A stretch of 64,000 bases of DNA from Candidatus Sericytochromatia bacterium (lineage in GTDB: Bacteria > Cyanobacteriota > Sericytochromatia > S15B-MN24 > JAQBPE01). The stretch lies in contig JBBAPZ010000005.1 in the NCBI GenBank assembly GCA_040400605.1, forward strand, positions 32,001 through 96,000. The letters are read 5' to 3'. The notes beneath the pieces are model-generated. The model was not told where the DNA came from, ran no database searches, and was given only the letters and a program-made list of their open reading frames with translations. The first letter of the stretch is position 1, and every line of letters starts with the position of its first letter. This document shows positions 1 through 8,522 of this stretch, in pieces. Made by a program: the position numbers and the translations under genes.

Positions 1-442
1 CTTTACCGTTTGAATCCAGCGTGAAGGTGTTGACGCGCTTGCCATCTTCAGCAAGGAAACTCTCTTCGAGGCGCTGCGGACTTGCCAGCTTGAAGCTGAC
101 TTTCATCGCTTCGCGGTCCTCAGGGCGCACCCAAGGCGTGGGTGTGCCGTTGTCAGGCGCAACAATCGGCTCACGTTCATCCGTTTTCAAGGACACCTTG
201 CCGGACGGGAATGCGATCGTGATTACCTGATAGGGTTTGTTGGTGGCCAACAAACGCCCGCGCGCGACAAACTTGATAAAAGGGTTCATCTCGGAAATGG
301 CGGTGTCAACCGCTTTTTCAATGTCATCTGACTTGTCGAAGTTAAAAACGCCTTCAAGTGATTTGCTTTGCGCCTGTGCCTGGGTGACGGGCCAAGCCAA
401 GACGGCCAAGGTCAGTAACAAATTGGCAAGTTTTCTGGTCAC
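1..442 (-). CDS. Secreted hypothetical protein, truncated by window edge
   Basis: Manual translation from GTG 442 with GAGGAG RBS: MTRKLANLLLTLAVLAWPVTQAQAQ... (signal peptide), open to position 1; absent from ORF track because it has no stop. Confidence 0.65.
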   Translation of the reverse strand, partial: MTRKLANLLLTLAVLAWPVTQAQAQSKSLEGVFNFDKSDDIEKAVDTAISEMNPFIKFVARGRLLATNKPYQVITIAFPSGKVSLKTDEREPIVAPDNGTPTPWVRPEDREAMKVSFKLASPQRLEESFLAEDGKRVNTFTLDSNGK

Positions 443-603
443 AATGGACTCCTCATTTGGGCAAATAGTGGGATGACGACAGCGATGGAAAACCGCTCAC
501 CCTCGCTGGCTCGGTCATCTTAACATGACTGAAGGCGCTTGCCAGAGGCATTGCAGTTCGGTTACATGATGCTGTTGGGAAAAGTGTCGGGTGCGGGAGT
601 GAC

Positions 604-1776
604 GTGAACGACAGCAGCGAACGTCTTTATCGAAAACAATTGATTTCAGCCAGTATGGTTGCGGCACACCAACGGGGAGCCTGGCTGGGGGTCGATCTGG
701 TTGCGCTTGCGGAGAACCTCCGCACACTGAAGCGTGCCTTGCGTGACGGCTGTCAGCTCATGGCGGTCGTTAAAGCCGATGCCTATGGACACGGTTCTGT
801 TGCGATCGCCCAGGCAGCCTTGAACGGGGGCGCGACCCAACTTGGTGTCGCTACCGTTGAAGAGGGTATGCGTCTGCGGCGCAGTGGCGTCACGGCACCC
901 ACACTGGTGTTGGGCCTCATTGCCGATGCCGCGGTCCCGGCCGCCATTGATGCCGGCTTGCAACTCACGCTGAGTTCGGGACGTCAGGTGCAACTGGTCG
1001 ATGCGATCGCCCGAGGTGCCGGCCGGGTCGTGGATGTCCACATTAAAGTCAACACAGGCATGACCCGCGTTGGCTGTGAACTCCATGAGGCGGTTGGATT
1101 GACTGATTATGTCCAGTCGGTTTCCGGCCTGAAACTGGTTGGTGTGAGCTCCCATTTCGCGACTGCCGAGGCGCCGGTTGCGTCGGATGCGCAACAGCAA
1201 TTGCAGCGCTTCAAGTCGTTAACCGACCGGCTGCTGTTGGTTCATCGCGGCATTGTGCGGCACATCGCCAACAGTGCCGGGATGATTTACCTTCCGGAAT
1301 CCCATCTGGATATGTGTCGAATCGGACTGGCGATGTATGGGCATTCGCCTCGTGGTGAGGAACCAACACCCTTGCGCTTAACGCCTGTGATTTCGTTGCG
1401 GGCCCGCGTGGCGCAAGTTAAGGATGTCCCAGCAGGCGCAACGGTGGGGTATGGTGGCACATGGGTGGCGCCGCGTGCGACGCGCCTCGCCTTGTTGCCG
1501 GTGGGTTACGCGGATGGGTTGCCGCGTTCTTTGTCGAATAAGGGCCACGTGTTGGTTCGGGGGCAGCTTTGTCCGATTGTGGGTCGGGTGTCAATGGACC
1601 AAACGGTGGTGGATGTGGGGGATGGTCCGACCATGCCGGGTGAAGAGGTCCTGGTTCTGGGTGGGCAATCGCAAACTGCGGTTTCGGTTGAGCGATGGGC
1701 AGCGCTCGACGGCACGATCAATTATGAGATTCTGTGTGGTTTGGGACAACGTTTGCCCAAGGTTTACTACCGTTGA
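604..1776 (+). CDS. alr: Alanine racemase
   Basis: AVVKADAYGHG PLP-lysine motif, HIKVNTGMTRVG, VGYADG, GRVSMDQ, TINYE; true start may be ATG 655. Confidence 0.96.
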   Translation: MNDSSERLYRKQLISASMVAAHQRGAWLGVDLVALAENLRTLKRALRDGCQLMAVVKADAYGHGSVAIAQAALNGGATQLGVATVEEGMRLRRSGVTAPTLVLGLIADAAVPAAIDAGLQLTLSSGRQVQLVDAIARGAGRVVDVHIKVNTGMTRVGCELHEAVGLTDYVQSVSGLKLVGVSSHFATAEAPVASDAQQQLQRFKSLTDRLLLVHRGIVRHIANSAGMIYLPESHLDMCRIGLAMYGHSPRGEEPTPLRLTPVISLRARVAQVKDVPAGATVGYGGTWVAPRATRLALLPVGYADGLPRSLSNKGHVLVRGQLCPIVGRVSMDQTVVDVGDGPTMPGEEVLVLGGQSQTAVSVERWAALDGTINYEILCGLGQRLPKVYYR

Positions 1777-1809
1777 TCGTCAGGTTTGCCTTCCGCTGTT
1801 CCTTCGTCA

Positions 1810-1838
1810 TTGACGCGCATGGTCAATCCATCTAAAAT
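1810..1838 (+). promoter_or_regulatory. sigma70-type promoter for cytochrome b operon
   Basis: TTGACG (1810-1815), 17 nt, TAAAAT (1833-1838); TTGAC-N7-GTCAA dyad overlaps the -35. Confidence 0.55.
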
Positions 1839-1919
1839 TCAGGTGCCAAGCGTGACGACCTTGGGCCAAACGTCGTTAGGTACCTTGTTTCATCGCCGTC
1901 AAAAAAAGGAGTGAGCCCA

Positions 1920-2609
1920 ATGGTGGCAAGAGTCTTTGAGTGGCTGGATAAGCGGGTTGGTGTTCGAGAAATCGACGCTGTGCTTATCTCGCGGAATGTG
2001 CCGAAAACAGACTGGTGGTATACCTTGGGCTTTGCGGCCCTGTTTACCTTTGTGCTGATGGCGACTTCCGGTATGTTCCTGGCTGTGTATTACGCGCCGA
2101 CGCCTGATCACGCATACGACAGCGTCAAGTATTTGACCGAGGAAGTCGCGTTTGGTCGATGGGTGCGAGGTATCCATCACTACGGCGCCAGTGTGATGGT
2201 CGTGTTGGTCGTCATGCACATGTTGCAAGTGTTCTTCTACGGTGCTTACAAGTACCCGCGCGAATTGACCTGGATGACAGGGGTTGTCTTGCTTGGATTG
2301 GTGCTGGGTTTGGGTTTCACGGGGTATTTGTTGCCGTGGGATCAAAAAGCGTACTGGGCGACTGAGGTTGGCACCAAGATTCCTGAAACACTGCCTGTCT
2401 TCGGTGAGATGAGCAAGGTCATCATGCGTGGCGGGCAAACGCTTGGCGCTTTGACTTTGACTCGATTTTACGCGATTCACATGTTGATGATTCCGGCGCT
2501 TATGATGGTATTTTTGGGTATTCACCTGTATCTCGTTGTCAAAATCGGCATCACGCCGTTACCCGCTGAATTGGATGCTGCTTACGATCGCGTGAAGGAG
2601 GGCAAATAG
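1920..2609 (+). CDS. Cytochrome b N-terminal subunit (cytochrome b6/QcrB-like)
   Basis: Heme-ligand His in RGIHHYGAS, MHMLQVF, FYAIH, GIHL; GYLLPWDQKAYWA; TLTRFY; AGGAG RBS before ATG 1920. Confidence 0.93.
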   Translation: MVARVFEWLDKRVGVREIDAVLISRNVPKTDWWYTLGFAALFTFVLMATSGMFLAVYYAPTPDHAYDSVKYLTEEVAFGRWVRGIHHYGASVMVVLVVMHMLQVFFYGAYKYPRELTWMTGVVLLGLVLGLGFTGYLLPWDQKAYWATEVGTKIPETLPVFGEMSKVIMRGGQTLGALTLTRFYAIHMLMIPALMMVFLGIHLYLVVKIGITPLPAELDAAYDRVKEGK

Positions 2610-2611
2610 TT

Positions 2612-3355
2612 ATGAGCCTGATCGACGATCCGATCGAAAAACAGGTATATGACGTCGAATACAAGAAAATGAAGGAGAAAGGCAAACCCTTTCACCCCTT
2701 CACAACCTGGAAAGACATTGTTGTTGCGCTTGGCGTGCTGGTGTTGTTAATCACCTTGACTGCCACGCTTGGCGTTCATCTTGATGCACCTGCCGATCCG
2801 ACTTCCGAGTACTTGCCACGGCCTGAGTGGTACTTCATGTTTCTGTTTCAACTCCTCAAAATGTTTCCACCCTGGGCCATCATCGTGCCTGCGGCCATCA
2901 TACCTGGCCTTGCTGGTGCCGCTTTGTTGTTGTTGCCTTTTTATGACATAAACCCTTATCGGCAATGGCACAAGCGCAAACTGGCCGTCACGGTGATGGG
3001 CTTGGGTGTGTTTGCGGTGGTTTTCCTGACTGGTCAGGCATACTGGGATGATGCGCACGATCCTCATGCGCAGGCGCTTCTCAAAGGTGGTGGCGAGACG
3101 CATCAGACTGCCGCAGCTCCCAAGACTGAAGGAGCAGATGGTGAAAAAATCTTCGCAGCCAACTGTGTGATGTGTCATGGCGCCTCTGGTTCGCAGATCC
3201 CCAACGTTGCACTGCTTAGCAAGTCATTTATCGCAAACCGTGACGTGGTCGCAGTGTTGAACAATGGCAAGGGCGGCATGCCCTCGTTCAAAGGTCGGTT
3301 GTCTGATGATGAAATGCAATCTGTTTCCAAGTGGTTGAAAGCGACTGCCAAGTAG
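2612..3355 (+). CDS. Cytochrome b subunit IV fused to class I cytochrome c (QcrC-like)
   Basis: PEWY Qo motif, three hydrophobic helices, CVMCH heme c motif, GGMPSF distal Met. Confidence 0.9.
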   Translation: MSLIDDPIEKQVYDVEYKKMKEKGKPFHPFTTWKDIVVALGVLVLLITLTATLGVHLDAPADPTSEYLPRPEWYFMFLFQLLKMFPPWAIIVPAAIIPGLAGAALLLLPFYDINPYRQWHKRKLAVTVMGLGVFAVVFLTGQAYWDDAHDPHAQALLKGGGETHQTAAAPKTEGADGEKIFAANCVMCHGASGSQIPNVALLSKSFIANRDVVAVLNNGKGGMPSFKGRLSDDEMQSVSKWLKATAK

Positions 3356-3387
3356 TTAATCGCGAAAACCGATCAAAACTCCGAATG

Positions 3388-3418
3388 AAGGGCCCCCGCA
3401 TGTCGCTGGGGCCTCTTT
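3388..3418 (+). terminator. Probable intrinsic terminator after cytochrome operon
   Basis: GGCCCC...GGGGCC stem followed by TCTTT. Confidence 0.5.
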
Positions 3419-3670
3419 AAGTAAGTGCGCACGGCATGGGCACGAACCGCGCCATCTAGGTTGCCTTGATGCAAGTTATGTTGATACAAGTTATACGGAA
3501 GCACGTTGCTTGTTGATTAAACGTTGGCTGTTATTCAACAACAACGAGTCAGTGCCTGATGTTTTGACGTTGCCAACTACGTTGTAAACATAACTCACAC
3601 GTCACCGCCTGGGCGGCCATAACGCCTTCAAAGGCACGTCTATCGCTTGCAAGGCAGGATGACCGCTGGT

Positions 3671-4081
3671 TTAAACCACGCCGATGCTGACTTCCTGATT
3701 TTCTTCCGCGTATTCCACGTCACCTGACGCCATCATCGCGCGAATCGTCTCAGCGACCGATTGACCAACAGACACTTCCTCGACCCACACGTCTAGCCCC
3801 TCGATCCGACCCACATTGCGGGTTCCGAACCTGGCCCGAAATTGCTCAATCTGCGCCGCCTGCATACGTGGTTTGAATTTGACCAGGATTTGACGCCGAT
3901 AACTGGGCGATGTGATGGGCATTTTTGATGCATTGTCAGGCGTCGCCGCGCCAACGCGATTCGTTCCCGCTGCCTCAGCCACCACGGGCGAGCTGGTACG
4001 TCCCTGAACCTGACAGCCGGCCAGGGCGACGTATCCCACGAGAGCCGCGATACCACAACACGTTGTCAATCGGTGCTTCAT
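3671..4081 (-). CDS. Lipoprotein consisting of a stand-alone subtilase prodomain-like module
   Basis: Lipobox ALAGC; ILVKFK...VEYAEEN aligns by eye with prodomain AVVKFK...VLYAEPN of the S8 protease at 27582-28802. Confidence 0.7.
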   Translation of the reverse strand: MKHRLTTCCGIAALVGYVALAGCQVQGRTSSPVVAEAAGTNRVGAATPDNASKMPITSPSYRRQILVKFKPRMQAAQIEQFRARFGTRNVGRIEGLDVWVEEVSVGQSVAETIRAMMASGDVEYAEENQEVSIGVV

Positions 4082-4184
4082 TGCCGTGTCCTTCCTGGTT
4101 TTCCAAAAGACTGCCTGACTGAATTTTAAATTTATGTTAAAATTATCCTCCAGCGTGGTGTTTTGTCAACAGGGTGAGGCGAGC

Positions 4185-4934
4185 GTGTTGCGAACCGGTG
4201 TTGTTGGGGTTTGTTGTGTCGTGGGCCTTTTGGCTTGTGGGCGCGTGCCTGATGCGCGATCCGTGATCGGTACCGGCGTTTCGGCTTTGACGAATTACGC
4301 GTTGGCGGATTTGTATCCTTTGCGGTCCAAGATGCGTGCGACGTACGCGCTGGAGCAGACCCGTTCGGATGGGCGGGTGGTGTATCGCACGATGTTGATG
4401 GATGTCGTTGATGTGGTGCGAGAGGCGTCGGGGGATACATTGGCGACGACGGTGCGAACCTATGGTGATTTTCGTTTACCGGCCACACGTGTTCGGGTGT
4501 CCAATGGCACGGTTCGCGTCAGTCGTGCCCAGGATCCGGAACCGGGGCCATCTTTGGTGCTGTTGCAGTCACCGTTGGTCGTTGGTCGCACGTGGCAGGG
4601 ACGTCAGTTTGCCGATGGCAGTACCGAGTCGGTTCAATATATGGGAGTGGAACGTGTTGATGGGCCTGAGGGGGTAGTCAGGGCGCATCGTGTTGATCAC
4701 CTGATCGATTATGCCCAAGGTGGCTCGGATCGCCTGGAGTACTGGTACGCGCCCGGATGGGGGGCGGTGCGGATGGTCGAGCGTACGACCTTATTCACCA
4801 ATAAGGGCCGCATTCATTTGACGGTCGTTGGCGTTCTCAATGGTTTGACGACCCACGACGGGAGCCGCAAGGCGCAACCCGTGGCACATCCGTCGCCATC
4901 GTGGTTGCCTGGTGGCTGGTTTACCGACCGTTGA
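4185..4934 (+). CDS. Hypothetical lipoprotein, beta-rich
   Basis: GLLAC lipobox; C-terminal YWYAPGWGAVR segment; GTG start with RBS. Confidence 0.65.
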   Translation: MLRTGVVGVCCVVGLLACGRVPDARSVIGTGVSALTNYALADLYPLRSKMRATYALEQTRSDGRVVYRTMLMDVVDVVREASGDTLATTVRTYGDFRLPATRVRVSNGTVRVSRAQDPEPGPSLVLLQSPLVVGRTWQGRQFADGSTESVQYMGVERVDGPEGVVRAHRVDHLIDYAQGGSDRLEYWYAPGWGAVRMVERTTLFTNKGRIHLTVVGVLNGLTTHDGSRKAQPVAHPSPSWLPGGWFTDR

Positions 4935-4947
4935 CAGGGTAATTTGC

Positions 4948-5490
4948 ATGGATGATGTCCTCCAATCCGATTGGCGCACGGTGGTTGAAACCCGTGTGGC
5001 GGGTATCAGCTTTGAGAACCGCGATGGCTCATCGCGGCAAGCGTTGGCTGCAGCGGTTGCCGTGGGCACGCGTTTGGTTATGTGCCGGGAGCCCCTTAAT
5101 CCTTTTGATGAGTGGGCGATCGCATTGGTGGTGTCAACGCCTGAACTGTCGGGCCAATTGGGTTATGTTCCAAAGGCTTTTGCCGCTGTGCTGGCGCCCC
5201 TGATGGATCAAGGGACTCCGTTTGAAGCTTGTGTCTTAAGAAAAGGCCGGGTGCGTCGTTACGACAGCCTGCCTTCCACCCGACGTCGACCGTTTGAGAT
5301 TATCGGGGTGCGGATGGCGATTTTGAGTACGGCAACGGGGTTACCGTTCACCGTTTATTCGGGGATGGAGCCAGCATTGCGTGATGCGATCGCAAACGAC
5401 GACCCCGAAGGTGATCCAGGCGATGCACCCGTGCTCGGAGGATGGCGCGCCATGGACGAATTGAGTCACGAATGCCCCAAGCCGTTATAA
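4948..5490 (+). CDS. HIRAN domain protein
   Basis: VAGISF, REPLNPFDEWAI and LGYVP match HIRAN motifs. Confidence 0.8.
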   Translation: MDDVLQSDWRTVVETRVAGISFENRDGSSRQALAAAVAVGTRLVMCREPLNPFDEWAIALVVSTPELSGQLGYVPKAFAAVLAPLMDQGTPFEACVLRKGRVRRYDSLPSTRRRPFEIIGVRMAILSTATGLPFTVYSGMEPALRDAIANDDPEGDPGDAPVLGGWRAMDELSHECPKPL

Positions 5491-5930
5491 CCATTGGGAT
5501 TCCGGCCAGTGGCAAGTCGACGTATGCCGAGGCGTTAGAGCGGCAGGGCTTTCAAAACATCAATTTGGATGATTGCCGGGCACTTGTAAACGGTGATCCA
5601 GCTGATCAGACAGTCACCGATTTGGCGTTAAAAATCCACCGTCAACGCCTACGCGATGCCCTTGCTGCTGGGGCTTTGATTGTGATCAGTGATACCAATC
5701 TACAGATACCATTTTTAACGGAAAAATTGACCTTGTTCAAAGACAATGGGTATCACGTGACAGCCGCGATATTTATGACACCCCTCGCTGTGTGTGAAAA
5801 ACGGAATCAACAGCGAGGCAGACGCGTTCCCCAAACGGTCTTGTGTGACATGCATGCCCAGTTGCTGCGCTTGCTGTCCGGTATCGAAGGGCTCGGGTTC
5901 GATGATGTTCAGTATTTCTCCGGTGAGTAA
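5472..5930 (+). CDS. P-loop kinase, AAA_33 / polynucleotide kinase-like
   Basis: GIPASGKST Walker A, NLDDCR (DxxR), DTNL, RNQQR lid. Confidence 0.8.
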   Translation: MPQAVITIGIPASGKSTYAEALERQGFQNINLDDCRALVNGDPADQTVTDLALKIHRQRLRDALAAGALIVISDTNLQIPFLTEKLTLFKDNGYHVTAAIFMTPLAVCEKRNQQRGRRVPQTVLCDMHAQLLRLLSGIEGLGFDDVQYFSGE

Positions 5931-6008
5931 ACATGGCTGCGCCCGGGTCTCACGAAAGCGTTTTGATGGCGTCTGCTGGCCTGTGCGGCTAGTTGGGAGA
6001 CCGTTCGG

Positions 6009-6401
6009 TCATTGCCAGCGTCGCACCGTCAGTTTGATGCCTTGGTCGGGTGTGGCCGTTTCGTTTACCACGTGAAATCCCTGCCGTTGCACTTCGTGTA
6101 GCACTTTGTGATAAGCATAGCGTTGGGTAACAGTTTTGATAAAATCAGCTTGCCGCCACGGTGAGTGTCGTTCAACGCCCCACCAGTCGGCAACAATAGC
6201 AAATGCCGTGTCCCCCGATTTTCGAACGAATCCGATATCGTAGTCGCCTCCGGGCTGGGCTACGAGCTCGGCCCGCGTTGTTTGGCCGCGATATCCTCGC
6301 ACCACCGCGTCACGCGCGTGGGGTAGTTTCAACGATTCAAGGGCTGCCTCCAATGCCTGCTGATCTTTAATCTGTGTTTCAATACGGGTAAAGTGTGACA
6401 T
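6009..6401 (-). CDS. DUF1257 / Ycf35-like protein
   Basis: MSHFTRIET N-terminus, YDIGF, VADWW, QRYAY, C-terminal RW. Confidence 0.85.
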   Translation of the reverse strand: MSHFTRIETQIKDQQALEAALESLKLPHARDAVVRGYRGQTTRAELVAQPGGDYDIGFVRKSGDTAFAIVADWWGVERHSPWRQADFIKTVTQRYAYHKVLHEVQRQGFHVVNETATPDQGIKLTVRRWQ

Positions 6402-7000
6402 CACAGGTCCTTTTGATGTTGGGTTTTCGAGAAACGCTGCTTTGCGTCCGGTGTGGACTCAAGCGGCATCATCTCAACATCGGGTTCCGGTTGGAGTTGG
6501 TCTTCGTTCAGCAAGGATGGGCTTACAGGCGGTGCAAAAATTGGCATTAAGCTTGCCTGAGGCTTTGGCGTTGATTCGGCGTGATAATGGTCATCTGAGG
6601 ACGCCTTGAGGCTTGCCAAGCTAATGTACAGGTGTTGTGGGTCTTGTTGGATTGCCAGGGTGACGTCAGATTTTTGCGTGCATTCCAAAACGATTCTTAC
6701 CACCGGCGGAAAAATGCCGAATTGCGCCACCCTGACTGAATGGAAGTAAGGGTCCTGATAGCGCCAAGTACCGTTTGCGTGGCGCCAGTGGGCGTCAGGG
6801 ATGTCAATGACGTAGCGGTGTGGCTGGCGCAACTCGCGGCTTGAGATGGCAACCGGTCCGGTGATACGAAACACGATTGCGTGGCGCTCGGCTTCGTAAC
6901 GCAGGTCGCTGATGAGGGTGATTGGTGCGGCGACCGTAGGTGAAGCCCAGGTGATCGCCAGGCCAGCTATCCAGATCTGACTCCGAATGCAACGCGTCAT
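6401..7000 (-). CDS. Secreted AMIN-domain protein
   Basis: Signal peptide; PHRYVIDIP and VRVAQF...VVRIVLE AMIN motifs; AGGAG RBS before ATG 7000. Confidence 0.75.
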   Translation of the reverse strand: MTRCIRSQIWIAGLAITWASPTVAAPITLISDLRYEAERHAIVFRITGPVAISSRELRQPHRYVIDIPDAHWRHANGTWRYQDPYFHSVRVAQFGIFPPVVRIVLECTQKSDVTLAIQQDPQHLYISLASLKASSDDHYHAESTPKPQASLMPIFAPPVSPSLLNEDQLQPEPDVEMMPLESTPDAKQRFSKTQHQKDL

Positions 7001-7445
7001 AGCGCTCCTATACCCGGAACGTTCCCCGGCGGAACCCAACCATCAATTTCACCGCTCGGACGCTCACCATCAGAACAAGACGCAAGGGTAAGCAGTCCGA
7101 TTTGTGGTATTACGTGCGGCGCGGTTACAACGAATAGTTAACGAACAATCAGCCAATCTGATGGTTGGCGGCGGAACCAATGGATTGACAAGTCAAACTA
7201 TCGGCTTCGCCACTTGATGCGCGATGGCTTCGCGTCATGTCGATGAAAATGTGATCAATATAACGGCGCGTTAGCGCATTTGCAGTCTCAGAAAGGGCTG
7301 ATTTTTGACTGTATCGTTGCCAACGTGCTAGCATCGGATTCGATTTGCGCGGAAATTGTTGAATTCGCAGCAGTTTAATAGCTTTGGATTGCGGCGAATG
7401 TTGACATTTTTGATTTCTCGCTCGCGCGAAAGGAGCGTTACGGCC

Positions 7446-8303
7446 ATGTTGGCTCGTCAAATGTTGATGTCTGCTTCGTGTATCGGTTTAGTTTTGGCGG
7501 TGGCCTTGCCTGCTATTGCGCTCGATATTTATGAGCCTGATTCCAATTATGCGGTTGCTCCCAATATGTCGATGAGTCGCGCAACTGGAGGAACTGAAAC
7601 CAAAGCCAAAGTGAGTGCTTCCGGTGCGGTTCTGCTGTCTGATCGGCCACAGTTTGCCAATGTTGTGATGACTGGGGACGGTGCGGGACGTGTTCGGTCT
7701 GAAGTTTATCTCAATTTGCAGCGTGTATTGACTTTTGACGGCGATGATGGAACTCAGGCCAATGCGGTGGCGGATGTCTTGAATCGTTTGAATCGTGAAG
7801 GCCGTTTGCGTGCTGATCAGATTAAGCCCAGTCGTCGGGGCAACCATTACGTGGTTGTCGTCGGCCGCGAACCGGTCATCACCTTGGATTCGAATGCCGT
7901 TTCGTCTCAAGGACTCGCACCGGCGACACTTGTCTTGCGATGGGTGAACAAGATGCGGGTCGCCATGGGCGGTTTGCCGTTTGAGCGAACAGCCAGCCGT
8001 GGCGGTGCGTTGCTTGGTTCAATGACGGGTCGTGCATCCTGGTACGGTCCAGGGTTTCACGGCCGCCGGTCGGCCAGTGGTGAGCGCTTCGATCAAAACA
8101 TGATGACGGCTGCCCATAAGTCGCTGCCCTTTGGCACCGTGTTGTTGGTGACGAATCTCCACAATCGACGTGCTTGTCTTGTGCGTATTAACGATCGGGG
8201 TCCCTACAGTCCCGGACGAGAACTGGATCTATCCTACGCCGCTGCGCGTTCGATTGGCGTCTCAGGTGTGTCCGATGTTCGTATTGATGTGTTGAAGCAG
8301 TAG
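7446..8303 (+). CDS. rlpA: Septal ring lytic transglycosylase RlpA family protein
   Basis: GRASWYG, ASGE, TAAHKSLPFGT, VRINDRGP, LDLS; N-terminal signal peptide. Confidence 0.9.
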   Translation: MLARQMLMSASCIGLVLAVALPAIALDIYEPDSNYAVAPNMSMSRATGGTETKAKVSASGAVLLSDRPQFANVVMTGDGAGRVRSEVYLNLQRVLTFDGDDGTQANAVADVLNRLNREGRLRADQIKPSRRGNHYVVVVGREPVITLDSNAVSSQGLAPATLVLRWVNKMRVAMGGLPFERTASRGGALLGSMTGRASWYGPGFHGRRSASGERFDQNMMTAAHKSLPFGTVLLVTNLHNRRACLVRINDRGPYSPGRELDLSYAAARSIGVSGVSDVRIDVLKQ

Positions 8304-8522
8304 CGCAATGCAGTGATGCGTGGGTTTCTGTTCAAGCAGACAATACGTCAGGCACTCGCGGGCTGTTATTCAATAGCAGCCAAATTTGGTCGCCGCGCAA
8401 CCCTGGTTTTGGACAGCTGTCAAAAACTTGCGCAGGCTCAAAAAATCTAGAAATCACCTACCGAGAGTCAACGCCAGCCAGCGATGCGAGCAACCACTCG
8501 TCAGTTTCTGCGTGATTATGGC

